Part shown: positions 1 through 9,749 of the stretch, piece after piece | Position numbering within the stretch: the stretch's first letter is position 1 | How the letters are laid out: each line of letters begins with the position of its first letter | Source of the DNA: a virus | Lineage: Duplodnaviria > Caudoviricetes | Length of the DNA: 56,948 bases | Virus record (IMG/VR): IMGVR_UViG_3300037502_002662 | Coordinates: 1 to 56,948 of that record | Strand: one strand, 5' to 3' | The notes under the pieces: model-generated | Database searches by the model: none | Told to the model about the DNA's origin: nothing | The model's input: the letters and a program-made list of their open reading frames with translations, nothing else | Program-made: the position numbers and the translations under genes

Positions 1-105
<105 letters not shown>

Positions 106-134
<29 letters not shown>

Positions 135-1140
135 GTTACTAAACATACCCGTGTGGCACGAAAAAGGCTACACAGGGAAAGGTATAAGGGTGGCTGAACT
201 TGAGTCAGTCAACCCTGATACCTGGTTCCTGAAACATAAATTGCATGACCCTTTTAATATTGGTAACGACCAACGATGTAATAGTCATGGTCAAAAGGTT
301 ATTGATATTATTAATCAAGTAGCTCCAGATGCACAAATATATTCACTACCAAACTCCAAGAGGTACACACATAAAGGCATAACTGGAGATTTTGTAGATA
401 AAACAATACCATTCGCTATAAAGGAAGGGATACACATAATAGGGGCGAGCCTTGGTGGTTCTGATAATGATGACTTAAACAAAATAATATTAGAAGCTCA
501 AAAATATGGTATTGTATTTACTACTTCAGCTGGAAACAAAGGAAAGAAAGGTCTTGGCAGCTATGCAAGAAGTGACTTATGGATTTCAGTAGGAGCCTTG
601 GGCCTTCGTGGAGATGATTTTGACGATATCTATTTGAAAAGCTATTCAAGCAGAGGTCAGGAATTGGATGTAGTAAGCTTTAGTGGACTCTACGTCCGAG
701 ACGCTAAGCAGAAGGGTAGGGTATTTAAACAGGAGGGTACGAGTTTTAGCCACCCTTTATTCTTAGGTATGCTTGCACTAATGCAACAATTATTCTTAGA
801 AAAGATAGGTCGTACTCTATACCAAGATGAGGTTCTACTGTTTGTTAAAGATCACGTTGTAGATCTAGGAGATACTGGTCGCGATGAATTATATGGTCAT
901 GGTCTATTTATATTACCTGACCCACAAGATATCGATCCACTGAAATATTTATTACATGGGAGGTGTAATGATATGTATAAAGACTTAAACAATCATTGGT
1001 CCAAAGAATATGTAGAAATAATTGAAAGGCACATGCCAAATATTTTTAACGGCTTTCCTGATGGTACATTTAAGCCTGATAAACCTTTAACGAGGGGCGA
1101 GATAGCTAAAATAATATGCGTTTTAAAGGGGTGGAAATAA
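106..1140 (+). CDS. S8 subtilisin-like serine protease with C-terminal SLH domain
   Basis: GYTGKGIRVAELES, SHGQKV, SAGN oxyanion motif, GTSFSHP, YGHG; C-terminal HWS..GFPDGTFKPDKPLTRGE is SLH-like. Confidence 0.9.
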
Positions 1141-1499
1141 TGCCTAGTGAAAATGAACATAAAGATGTTATAAGACGCATAACCGAACTAGAGAAAAGAG
1201 CTACAAATATAGAAAAGTCAATTATTCAGATACAGCAAGAAATTAATAACCAAGATAAAGAAGACTTAAAGCTTGATATGAAATTAAGGCAGCTACAGGA
1301 TGAGTTCAAAGAACTAAAAGAAGAAATTGTATTTACAGTACATGATCAAACAGAAAAAACTTGGGAACTCATTCATAAAGGATCTGAAATGATTAACAAA
1401 GAACTTAAAATACTATTCTCACTTATATTGTTATTGTTAACAATTGCTTTTGGTGTTAAAGTAGCACCTGAGTTCCTTAAAATAGTGGGGTTGATGTAA
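1140..1499 (+). CDS. Coiled-coil protein with C-terminal TM helix (holin/XhlA-like lysis accessory)
   Basis: Heptad-rich N-terminus, hydrophobic ILFSLILLLLTIAFGV, position before endolysin; start at overlapping TAATG. Confidence 0.6.
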   Translation: MPSENEHKDVIRRITELEKRATNIEKSIIQIQQEINNQDKEDLKLDMKLRQLQDEFKELKEEIVFTVHDQTEKTWELIHKGSEMINKELKILFSLILLLLTIAFGVKVAPEFLKIVGLM

Positions 1500-2177
1500 A
1501 TGCGTAGATTTAAAGCTTATACAATAAATGAATTTAAAAATTATATTAATAATATACAGGTGGAGAGGGAGATTACACATGTCCAATATCACCACACGTG
1601 GAGACCGACAAAGAATGGTTTTTATATGGCTAAAGAAAAAGAAAAAGTTATATGGAGTATATGGAAATACCATACTTCTGTTAGATTTTGGCAAGATATA
1701 GCTCAGCATTTTACTATATCACCAGATGGTATGATATGGGATGGTAGAAGTTTAGAATTAGACCCTGCTGGTATTAAAGGACATAATAAAGGTGGTATAA
1801 TGATTGAAATGATAGGTAATTTCGATATAGGGCAGGAAAAATTAGATAATGGCCAATTATATGCAGCTACTAAAGCAGGTGCTATACTAGTTGAAAAATT
1901 TAATTTAACTACAAATGATATAGTATTTCATAATGAATTTTCAAATAAAACATGTCCAGGAAGTTCTATAAATAAAGATATGTTTGTAGGTTTAATACAA
2001 AATATAATAGATACAGAACTTAATAAGTTCGACAAGACAGATGGACTTAAATATTTAGCCAAGCAGGGTATAATAGAAAATCCAGAGAGATGGCTTAAAA
2101 AGTTAGATGAACCTATACCAATATGGGCCGTAACTACAATTCTTGCTAGAATTTATAAGGGGGTGAAAAATAAATGA
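1500..2177 (+). CDS. Endolysin, N-acetylmuramoyl-L-alanine amidase (Amidase_2)
   Basis: HHTW, QHFTISPDG, GIKGHN, IEMIGNF, FHNEFSNKTCPG zinc-amidase motifs. Confidence 0.9.
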   Translation: MRRFKAYTINEFKNYINNIQVEREITHVQYHHTWRPTKNGFYMAKEKEKVIWSIWKYHTSVRFWQDIAQHFTISPDGMIWDGRSLELDPAGIKGHNKGGIMIEMIGNFDIGQEKLDNGQLYAATKAGAILVEKFNLTTNDIVFHNEFSNKTCPGSSINKDMFVGLIQNIIDTELNKFDKTDGLKYLAKQGIIENPERWLKKLDEPIPIWAVTTILARIYKGVKNK

Positions 2178-2437
2178 TTGCTATGCAATATATAGTGGCT
2201 TTTGCTATGGGAGTCGTGAACGTATTTAAAGCACATATTCCATCTAAAGCAGTACCATTTGTAACAATGGGTTTGACGATAATATTTAATTTAGTAAATT
2301 CATATTTGTACGGTGAGGGTAACTTATTAATGGCAGGAAAAGATGCATTTATCGCAGGAGGTATTGCAGTAGGTATGTTCGCAGCTGGTGACGCTATTAG
2401 GAAGTCAGAACATACTCCGTTTAAAACACAAAGATAA
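2174..2437 (+). CDS. Holin
   Basis: Small protein, 2-3 hydrophobic segments, charged C-terminus, follows endolysin. Confidence 0.7.
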   Translation: MIAMQYIVAFAMGVVNVFKAHIPSKAVPFVTMGLTIIFNLVNSYLYGEGNLLMAGKDAFIAGGIAVGMFAAGDAIRKSEHTPFKTQR

Positions 2438-2446
2438 AGGATTTTA

Positions 2447-2474
2447 ATACCGGATATATCCGGTATTTTTTATT
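2447..2474 (+). terminator. Rho-independent terminator of lysis operon
   Basis: ATACCGGAT-ATCCGGTAT hairpin followed by T-run. Confidence 0.85.
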
Positions 2475-2492
2475 TAAGTAAAACATAGAAAA

Positions 2493-2602
2493 TCACGGAC
2501 TCGTATAATTAAGTTTATTTTAATTTTTTAAGGTATATTAATGTTATAATATTAATAGGGTATCACGAACATGTAATTTTTAAAATAAACACGTTACATG
2601 TA
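2493..2602. repeat. Dispersed palindromic element, copy 1 (partial; TCACGRACWCGTA family)
   Basis: Shares TCACGGACTCGTA, TATAATATTAATA, TATCACGAAC and AAACACGYTACATGTA with 19921-20030 and partly with 26233-26320. Confidence 0.85.
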
Positions 2603-2666
2603 AAAATTAAATTTATACTACTTTATTTTAATATAAAATAAGGGAAGCATTCCTTAGAAGGAAAAT

Positions 2667-2700
2667 TTCCTTAATAAACTTCTTTCCTTTGTGGTATAAT
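2667..2700 (+). promoter_or_regulatory. Early-type promoter (TTCCTT-N22-TATAAT, extended -10)
   Basis: TGTGGTATAAT upstream of RBS; same architecture at 4054, 10401, 23140, 33307 and minus 32904-32938. Confidence 0.7.
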
Positions 2701-2721
2701 AAAAAAGAAAGGGGGATAAAA

Positions 2722-3300
2722 ATGAATAAAAACTCAATTTTAGCATTTTGTGCTTCTACCGCTATTGTTACAGGTTTAGTCACCTCAGCAATATATGATG
2801 ACAGAATAAATAAAGAAGTTAATGCAATGACTACACAGGTGGAGCAATTAAAAAGGGAGGTGGAACAACAGTCAAAGGAATATGATATATTATATGAGAG
2901 ACTAAGTGCAGCTAGAAAACGTCTTGAAGAGTTAAGTGATGATACTGAGGTATTAAAAGCTATAGCGCATAACTGTAATATAGATAAATTTAAAGTAACT
3001 GCTTACTCACCTTACGATGATAGAAATGGTTTAAATAGTGATGGCAACCCTAACTATACAGCAACAGGGATAACCCCTAAAGAAGGTACTATTGCTGTAA
3101 ATCCAGAAATTATACCTTATGGTTCTACAGTTGTAATAGTATATAATGATGGTACCATAGAAGTTGGACGAGCTGAAGATACTGGTGGGGCGCTGCGACG
3201 CAAGGGTAATATGCAGATTGATGTATTTAGACGTACATATGAGGAAGCCATGCGCCATGGCGTAAAAGAAGCCACTGTATTATGGTATAAGGAGGAATAA
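2722..3300 (+). CDS. Membrane-anchored/secreted 3D-domain (lytic transglycosylase-like) protein
   Basis: N-terminal hydrophobic helix, coiled coil, VTAY, TATG, IAVNP..IPYGS, AEDTGGA, IDVF. Confidence 0.85.
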   Translation: MNKNSILAFCASTAIVTGLVTSAIYDDRINKEVNAMTTQVEQLKREVEQQSKEYDILYERLSAARKRLEELSDDTEVLKAIAHNCNIDKFKVTAYSPYDDRNGLNSDGNPNYTATGITPKEGTIAVNPEIIPYGSTVVIVYNDGTIEVGRAEDTGGALRRKGNMQIDVFRRTYEEAMRHGVKEATVLWYKEE

Positions 3301-3301
3301 T

Positions 3302-3781
3302 ATGGTATTTAATGTAGACGAATTAGAGGCTATACAAGCATACCTACAGGAGCTTGTAGATAAATACTCACCAGAAAAAATAGACCTTGTATGTTTAGGT
3401 ACCACAAGAATTGTAGGTGACTCTGTAGGACCTCTTATAGGTACTTCTATAAATCCAAAAAAGAAATTAAATATTATAGGCACAGTGTCCAAACCTATTT
3501 ATAGAAAAAACTACCATAAACGTATACAAGATAAAAGAAATGATGCATTATGCATTGCTATTGATGCATGTATAAGTGATGAATATAAAATTGGTACAAT
3601 TATAATAGAAGAAGTACCTCTTAAACCCGGCGCTGGTGTAGTAGACACACCTACAGAGGTTGGTGATATATCTATAAAATGTATTGTAGGTAGTAATTTA
3701 GATCAAGTAATAAATGCAGATTATATAAAAATCTATGAAATAGCTTATAATATAAGTACTATTATAAATAATATTTTTTGA
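3302..3781 (+). CDS. yyaC: YyaC/DUF1256-like spore protease (Gpr-like aspartic protease)
   Basis: CLGTTRIVGDSVGPLIGT, IIGT..P, IAIDAC, IGTI, PLKPGAGV, VGDISIKCIV resemble YyaC motifs. Confidence 0.85.
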   Translation: MVFNVDELEAIQAYLQELVDKYSPEKIDLVCLGTTRIVGDSVGPLIGTSINPKKKLNIIGTVSKPIYRKNYHKRIQDKRNDALCIAIDACISDEYKIGTIIIEEVPLKPGAGVVDTPTEVGDISIKCIVGSNLDQVINADYIKIYEIAYNISTIINNIF

Positions 3782-3970
3782 TACTTTTGATACTTTTGAT
3801 ACTTTTGATACTTTTGATACTTTTGATACATTATTTTTATTTTCTCACTCAAAAAAAATTTTTTAATATTATGTAGGTACCCACAAAAATATCTTTTTAA
3901 ATTTTTATTATAAGTAGGTAAAATGTGTAGCAAAAGTAACAAAGGTAGCAAAAGTAGCAAAGTAGCGAAA
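3776..3970. repeat. Inverted 9-bp repeat arrays: (TTTTGATAC)x6 and ~(GTAGCAAAA)x5 flanking an AT-rich core
   Basis: Arrays read directly at 3776-3829 and 3927-3970. Confidence 0.9.
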
Positions 3971-4129
3971 AATTAAGAAGTATTCTAAAGTAAAATAATA
4001 TCAATTTTTGTAGAAAATTCGTGGAGAAAATTCGTGGAGAAAATTTTAAAAAATTACTTATAATAATGTTACTTTTATAGTATAATATAAATGAAGAAAA
4101 AATTAAAAATTTTTAAGGAGGTACAAATT

Positions 4130-4444
4130 ATGGTTGAAACTTATGAAGCTACTATTGTTTGTCCACATTGCGGTGGAGAAGTTCTTATTGAAAGGGATTT
4201 GCCTAAAAGAAGAGGTATGTTAGCAGGAAAGACACTTGAAGAAATGACTGATGAAGAATTAAAGATTGAAATCAGAAATGCAAAGTCAGCTCTTTACAAA
4301 GCGCAACAAAAAAATGCTAATGAAGAAACTATTTTAAGAAATAAAGTTAGGGTTGAAGCTGCTTTAGCTGAAAGAGAGAAAAGAGAAGCTGCTAAAAAAG
4401 AAGCGGAAGTAGAAGAAGCGGAAGTAGAAGAAGCGGAAATGTAA
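4130..4444 (+). CDS. Hypothetical protein: CPHC knuckle, helical domain, acidic EAEVE repeats
   Basis: AAGGAGG RBS before ATG 4130; promoter-like TTACTT-N21-TATAAT upstream. Confidence 0.75.
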   Translation: MVETYEATIVCPHCGGEVLIERDLPKRRGMLAGKTLEEMTDEELKIEIRNAKSALYKAQQKNANEETILRNKVRVEAALAEREKREAAKKEAEVEEAEVEEAEM

Positions 4445-4447
4445 TAT

Positions 4448-4470
4448 AAAGCCCGATATATCGGGCTTTT
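4448..4470 (+). terminator. Terminator
   Basis: AAAGCCCGAT-ATCGGGCTTTT. Confidence 0.8.
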
Positions 4471-4474
4471 ATGT

Positions 4475-4516
4475 GGGAGGAGAGGCTGTGATGTAGGTTC
4501 AACTCCTACACCTCCC
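4475..4516 (+). ncRNA. tRNA-like minihelix (acceptor stem plus T-arm only)
   Basis: GGGAGG...GTAGG-TTCAACT-CCTAC-A-CCTCCC; no D or anticodon arms. Confidence 0.55.
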
Positions 4517-4752
4517 TGCTTAATTTTTGTACATCATTTTGTTCAACCCCCTTTGTATATGGCACCTTATATTATGGTGCCGCCTTATTTCCTTTTTAAG
4601 TGCTATTAGAGTGTCTATAATAATAATAATAATAAAGCTTTGTAGGCATTCTAATAACATTTAAAATTATTTTTAACCTAATGTTTTAAAAATTTTTAAA
4701 ATAAGGAGGTGTACTTTTAAAATTACAAAATTACAAAGGGGGCAGTTACAAA

Positions 4753-5034
4753 GTGAAACAACAAAAGTTTGTAGAATTGTATTGTGATGAGCAGGACGGT
4801 TTATGGAAACTCACAGTTTGGACAATACCTACAAAAGATTTCGACCCATTTGAGTGTGACTTTAAGAACTTAGACTATAAAAGCCCACACATACATAAGG
4901 CTACACGAGAACAAAGACGTATTGCTAAAAAATATCGCGAACAAGGTTATAAAGTACATACTAATACAGCAAACAAAGATAGTTATTTTCAAATAGTACC
5001 TAAATGGATTGTAGAATTAATAAAAGGAGGTTAA
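4753..5034 (+). CDS. Hypothetical protein
   Basis: ORF with AAAGGGGG RBS. Confidence 0.7.
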   Translation: MKQQKFVELYCDEQDGLWKLTVWTIPTKDFDPFECDFKNLDYKSPHIHKATREQRRIAKKYREQGYKVHTNTANKDSYFQIVPKWIVELIKGG

Positions 5035-5036
5035 AG

Positions 5037-5255
5037 ATGAGTAAAGCCACAGAATATCACTATTATAGCGACGGATATCTTTTTATAAAGCATTCTACTA
5101 GGCCTGAAAATGGCACAATAAATGTTTACAAAATAATTGTAGATAGAGAAGGTAATGTACATCTTAATGAGAGATTTTTATTTAACATTTACGGTATAGG
5201 TAGTTATGATGAATTTGTAATGTATTGTAAAGAATATAGTAAGCTTGAATGGTAA
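5037..5255 (+). CDS. Hypothetical protein
   Basis: AAGGAGG RBS, ATG at 5037. Confidence 0.7.
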   Translation: MSKATEYHYYSDGYLFIKHSTRPENGTINVYKIIVDREGNVHLNERFLFNIYGIGSYDEFVMYCKEYSKLEW

Positions 5256-6937
5256 AGGGGGACAAGCTTATAGCTAAACTACTATTCAACCATAGGTATA
5301 TTGAAATTGTTTGTAATAAAAATGATATTGAATCAAGACATTTAGCTAGTAAGATACCTTACGTTCATAGTAATAGAACAAAGACTAAATTTAAAACTAC
5401 TATAAGAAATATAGACTTAGTATTGAAATTATTCAGGAATATCAATAATTTGCAAGAATTAAAGTCAGCTAATGCTCCTAAAAAGATTGTAGATTTATAT
5501 ACTAAAGAATTCAATAGAAGAACAACTACACAGTTTCTAATAAATAATGGACCGCAGCAACACAATGGATGGTTATGGACACATCAACAATTAGGCAGAG
5601 AAATAGCACAGTATAATGATAGATTTGCTTTCTTTTATGATACTAGAACTGGTAAAACACCTATGAGTTTACAGATAATAGCAGATGACATTGAAAAGAA
5701 TCCTACACATAAATGGTTAGTTTTATGTCCATTAATTCTTATAGAAAATGCTTGGTTAGAAGATGCTAAAACATTTTTTCCAGACTTAAAAGTAGTTAAC
5801 TTACATGATAAAACTAAAGCTCGTAGGTTGAAAAAATTTAAACGGGATGCAGATGTATATATTACAAATATAGAGTCTTTTGTAAATTATAAGAAACATA
5901 TAGAGCAATTATCGATAAAAGGCTGTTTTGTAGATGAGTCTTCTACAATGAAAAGCCATAAGTCTAAATTTGCTAAAGCAGCTGTAGATTATAGTCAAAA
6001 AATTAATAGATGGTACCTTCTTTCAGGAACCCCAGCGCCTAATGGTGAATGGGAATATTACAGACAATTACAGTCGATTGATTATTACGGTGTACATAAA
6101 TCATGGACACAGTTTAAAAATTACTTTTTTAATAATATTTCTTATAATCCACAATTTGAAAAGTTACAAATAAAACCTGAAAAAAGAGATGAACTTTTAG
6201 GCCTGTTACGGAGATACTCATTATATGTAGACAAGGAAGATGTACTTACAACACCTGGAATGGACTTTATTGTATATGAGGTAACTATGCCTGACAAACT
6301 TAGAAAGCAATATGATGAATTGCGTAGAAAGCTTTATCTAGAAGTAGAAAAAGAAGGAGGTGAACTAGCTCTAATAACCGCATTATCTACAGGAGCTAAA
6401 TTTAATAAACTTAATCAAGTTACATCTGGGTTCATAATTGATACTGAGGAAGAACAAACGTATCTATTATCAGATTATAAGTTTAAAGCCTTAGATAAAA
6501 TACTTCACAATATTGGAGATAACCAAGCAATAATATGGGCAAATTATCATAAAGAGTTTGAGTTAATAAATAAAAGATATCCCGGTAAATGTGGCTTAGT
6601 ATATGGTAAAATACCTTTTGAAGAGAAAAATAAAAACATACAGGATTTTAAGCAAGGTAAACTACAATATCTTGTGGCTAACCCAGCTTCTGCGGATAAG
6701 GGTTTAACACTTACTAATGCGCATTTTAGTATTTACTTTAGTTTAAATTATAGTTATGAATTATGGAAGCAATCTGTAGACCGTATATATGGAGATATAA
6801 GTAAACAAAAGCATAAATGTATATATTATGTTATAGTGGCTAAAGGCACTATTGATAAAACAATCTATAATACAATAAAGAATAAAGGATCTATGAGTAC
6901 TGCGGTGCTAGATCACTTAAAAGGAGAAACTTTTTAG
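5249..6937 (+). CDS. SNF2-family (SF2) helicase
   Basis: DTRTGKT, VDESS, LLSGTP, GLTLTNA, QSVDRIY. Confidence 0.9.
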   Translation: MVKGDKLIAKLLFNHRYIEIVCNKNDIESRHLASKIPYVHSNRTKTKFKTTIRNIDLVLKLFRNINNLQELKSANAPKKIVDLYTKEFNRRTTTQFLINNGPQQHNGWLWTHQQLGREIAQYNDRFAFFYDTRTGKTPMSLQIIADDIEKNPTHKWLVLCPLILIENAWLEDAKTFFPDLKVVNLHDKTKARRLKKFKRDADVYITNIESFVNYKKHIEQLSIKGCFVDESSTMKSHKSKFAKAAVDYSQKINRWYLLSGTPAPNGEWEYYRQLQSIDYYGVHKSWTQFKNYFFNNISYNPQFEKLQIKPEKRDELLGLLRRYSLYVDKEDVLTTPGMDFIVYEVTMPDKLRKQYDELRRKLYLEVEKEGGELALITALSTGAKFNKLNQVTSGFIIDTEEEQTYLLSDYKFKALDKILHNIGDNQAIIWANYHKEFELINKRYPGKCGLVYGKIPFEEKNKNIQDFKQGKLQYLVANPASADKGLTLTNAHFSIYFSLNYSYELWKQSVDRIYGDISKQKHKCIYYVIVAKGTIDKTIYNTIKNKGSMSTAVLDHLKGETF

Positions 6938-6950
6938 AGGGGGTAGATTA

Positions 6951-7142
6951 ATGTATATAAAAACTGTAAAAGTTACCAATCCAAAAAATGTAATAGTACA
7001 AATACCAAAATTTGTTGTAGAAAACTGGGGTTTAAATGAAAAAGATGGTGTGGAGGTGCATATTAATAGTGAAGAAAAATACCTCATCCTTAAGCCAAGA
7101 AAAGGATACTCACCGATACGCACAAGAATCAACACTGACTAG
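6951..7142 (+). CDS. AbrB/SpoVT/MazE-like DNA-binding protein
   Basis: VQIPKFVVENWGL..KDGVEV..LILKP swapped-hairpin pattern. Confidence 0.7.
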   Translation: MYIKTVKVTNPKNVIVQIPKFVVENWGLNEKDGVEVHINSEEKYLILKPRKGYSPIRTRINTD

Positions 7143-7404
7143 ACATGTTAAGAAATGGTTGTCAACTCAAAAAGATATAGCTTTCTATAAGGCAAGTGAT
7201 AGATATACGAAGGGTATATCAGACATTATAGCTTGCGTAAGAGGTGTATTTGTAGCTATTGAATTAAAAGCTGCTAATGGAAGCCCTACACCTCACCAAG
7301 AAATATTTATACGTAAAATACAACAAACAGGTGGGATAGGTGGTGTTTGCTACTGCTTAAAAGACGTTAAAGAGCTTATTGATAAAGCTAGAAATAAAAT
7401 TTAA
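7069..7404 (+). CDS. VRR-NUC PD-(D/E)xK nuclease
   Basis: E..L, GISDII, FVAIELKA..G.PTPHQ; GTG start after GGAGGTG. Confidence 0.85.
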   Translation: MKKNTSSLSQEKDTHRYAQESTLTRHVKKWLSTQKDIAFYKASDRYTKGISDIIACVRGVFVAIELKAANGSPTPHQEIFIRKIQQTGGIGGVCYCLKDVKELIDKARNKI

Positions 7405-7418
7405 AGGGGGGGATACAT

Positions 7419-7598
7419 ATGAATAAAGATATTTTACGCGCATTAGGTTTTGAAAAAGAAGTAGAGTGTATAGAAAATGGTAAATGCCCATTATGTAATA
7501 GACCTATAAGAATGGAAGAATTTAGGGACACGTTATCTATAAAAGAATTCAAAATATCAGGTATGTGCCAAAAATGTCAGGATAAGATATGGGGCTGA
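7419..7598 (+). CDS. Small Zn-finger protein (59 aa; absent from ORF track)
   Basis: G-rich RBS; MNKDILRALG..CPLC..SGMCQKCQDKIWG. Confidence 0.8.
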   Translation: MNKDILRALGFEKEVECIENGKCPLCNRPIRMEEFRDTLSIKEFKISGMCQKCQDKIWG

Positions 7599-7602
7599 TA
7601 TT

Positions 7603-8205
7603 ATGGAATATAATGAAGTCCTTGTTTATGAACTATTAAATAAACCTTTATCACAAGAAAACTTAAATAAACTCATAGATATGAACTCAGGACTTGTAGG
7701 TAATGAATTAAAACGATTTAATTTAATAGGTGATGATGAAGCTAAGAGTTATGGCTTTGAAGCACTTTTTAAAGCCATAAAAACTTACAAAAAGTCTAGA
7801 GGTAAATTTTCTACATACGCTACAATATGTATAAGAAATAGATTAAGACAACTATTGCGTGAACGCAAGAATAGAAATAAACTAAAATGTATTTCTATAT
7901 ATACTCCAATTACTATTGATGGTAATGTTACATTAGAAGATAGTATTGCTAGCCCTTTAGATACAGAAGAGTTTGGCATATCTAGCGCTTCTATACAATA
8001 TATAAATAAATGTATAAAAGATGTTTTAAGTACATATAATCAAGGTACAGCTAAAAGTATCTTGTTGTCTTGGATAAAATCTAACTATACATATAGTAAT
8101 ATTAAATTAGCAAATATATATAATGTGTCGCAGCCTTATGTAAATAGAGTAATTAATAAGTTTAGAAAAAAACTACTTGAAGAGTTAGGGGGTTGTTATT
8201 TATAA
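7603..8205 (+). CDS. Phage sigma-70 family sigma factor
   Basis: Region 2 ALFKAIKTY..GKFSTYATICIRN; region 4 LANIYNVSQPYVNR. Confidence 0.85.
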   Translation: MEYNEVLVYELLNKPLSQENLNKLIDMNSGLVGNELKRFNLIGDDEAKSYGFEALFKAIKTYKKSRGKFSTYATICIRNRLRQLLRERKNRNKLKCISIYTPITIDGNVTLEDSIASPLDTEEFGISSASIQYINKCIKDVLSTYNQGTAKSILLSWIKSNYTYSNIKLANIYNVSQPYVNRVINKFRKKLLEELGGCYL

Positions 8206-9491
8206 TGTTAAATGATATAGCTAAAGCTATTAAAGAAATACAACTTATGTCAAGTCGTAATGCTAAGAAAAATTTATTATTAAAATACAAAAACTTGTCA
8301 GGTTTTAAAGATGTATTGCATTTTATTTACAATCCTTATCTAAAAACTAATATAGCAAAGAAAAAATTAAATAAACGTAAGCATGACAAGGTGCCACAGG
8401 AACATATATCTATTAAACAAATAATAAAGTATTTTGAATTAAACCAGACAGGTAATGACAATGACTTGTATTATGCTTGGCAGTTTATCAATCAACAAAA
8501 CACAGCTATTGCTAAAGAACTTGCTATTGCTATGATTACACAAAATCTTAAAATAGGCGTTAGTGTTAAAACATTAAATGATGTATACGGTACTGGTTTT
8601 ATACCTATTATAGATTGTATGCTTGGTAAAAAGTATAGTGATGTAAAGCATAAAATGAAAGGTTGTTATATTGCATCTAAGAAAATAGATGGTGTACGTA
8701 GGTTATTAATAAAAGAAAATGGAAATATAAGAATGTATAGCAGAAATGGCAAATTAGACACTGGACTTGTAGATATTATCAGGGAAGCTAAACATCTTCC
8801 GGATAATGCTGTATATGATGGGGAGTTAACAGCGAAAGGCAACTTTAAAAATAACCTAGAATTAAGACAAGCTACAAATTCAATAGCTAACAGAAAAGGT
8901 GTAAGAACTGGGTTAGTATTTAATATCTTTGACATGATACCAGTTAATGAATTTAAGAAAGGCAAATCTACATTTACTGCTATTGTAAGAAAAGCAGCTA
9001 TAGCTAGTATGTTCTCTGATAATGATATGATAAACATAAATTTATCATATCTTGAACATATAAAACCTGTGCCAATATTAATGGTATCGTCAGATCTAAC
9101 GGTGCACGAAAGAATATTTGCTGAAGAAATAAAACGTGGTGGAGAAGGGATAATGCTAGTTAAAGATGATAGTTTATATGAGGTTGGTAAAAGATCTAAT
9201 AATTGGGTTAAAATGAAAAGGTATGAGGATGTAGATCTAAAAGTCGTAGACATAGAAGAAGGTACAGGTAGATTGAAGGACAAACTTGGGGCTGTTATTG
9301 TAGATTATAGGGGTAACCTAGTAAAGGTAGGTTCTGGCTTCAGCGACTCGGAGCGCCAACGCTTTTGGGAAAAACCTAGTGAAATAATAGGTAAAACTAT
9401 TGAAATAACACATCAAGGTGAAAGTAAAAACAAAAATGGCGGTATATCTTTAAATTGTCCTATATTTAAAGGTATTAGATATGATAAATAA
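8193..9491 (+). CDS. ATP-dependent DNA ligase
   Basis: KIDGVR, DGEL, EGIMLVK, WVKMK, VGSGF. Confidence 0.95.
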   Translation: MLFIMLNDIAKAIKEIQLMSSRNAKKNLLLKYKNLSGFKDVLHFIYNPYLKTNIAKKKLNKRKHDKVPQEHISIKQIIKYFELNQTGNDNDLYYAWQFINQQNTAIAKELAIAMITQNLKIGVSVKTLNDVYGTGFIPIIDCMLGKKYSDVKHKMKGCYIASKKIDGVRRLLIKENGNIRMYSRNGKLDTGLVDIIREAKHLPDNAVYDGELTAKGNFKNNLELRQATNSIANRKGVRTGLVFNIFDMIPVNEFKKGKSTFTAIVRKAAIASMFSDNDMININLSYLEHIKPVPILMVSSDLTVHERIFAEEIKRGGEGIMLVKDDSLYEVGKRSNNWVKMKRYEDVDLKVVDIEEGTGRLKDKLGAVIVDYRGNLVKVGSGFSDSERQRFWEKPSEIIGKTIEITHQGESKNKNGGISLNCPIFKGIRYDK

Positions 9492-9732
9492 GGAGGTGAG
9501 TAATATAACACGCAAAGAAAAATTTAGACAGGATTATTTAGAAAAAGCACATACAACTGGGGTTAGTAAGCTAATTGTAGTTGTTAGACTACCAAGTGGT
9601 GCACAAGAAGTTATTATAAACGATGATAACATTTCAGAAAAAATGGCTTATTATTTAGCTGCTTATGATAACGACTTAAAATTAAAAGGTGCACCTATGG
9701 ACATTAAAATTGAACAATATTTGATAGTATAA
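9481..9732 (+). CDS. Hypothetical protein
   Basis: ORF within operon. Confidence 0.7.
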   Translation: MINKEVSNITRKEKFRQDYLEKAHTTGVSKLIVVVRLPSGAQEVIINDDNISEKMAYYLAAYDNDLKLKGAPMDIKIEQYLIV

Positions 9733-9749
9733 AAGGAGGAAAGTACAAA

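Noticed and set aside
3745-3960. Minus-strand ORF with YQK repeats
   Set aside because: Translation of the 9-bp arrays; no RBS
4475-4516. Functional tRNA gene or attP core
   Set aside because: No D or anticodon arm and no encoded CCA; no integrase recognised in the genome
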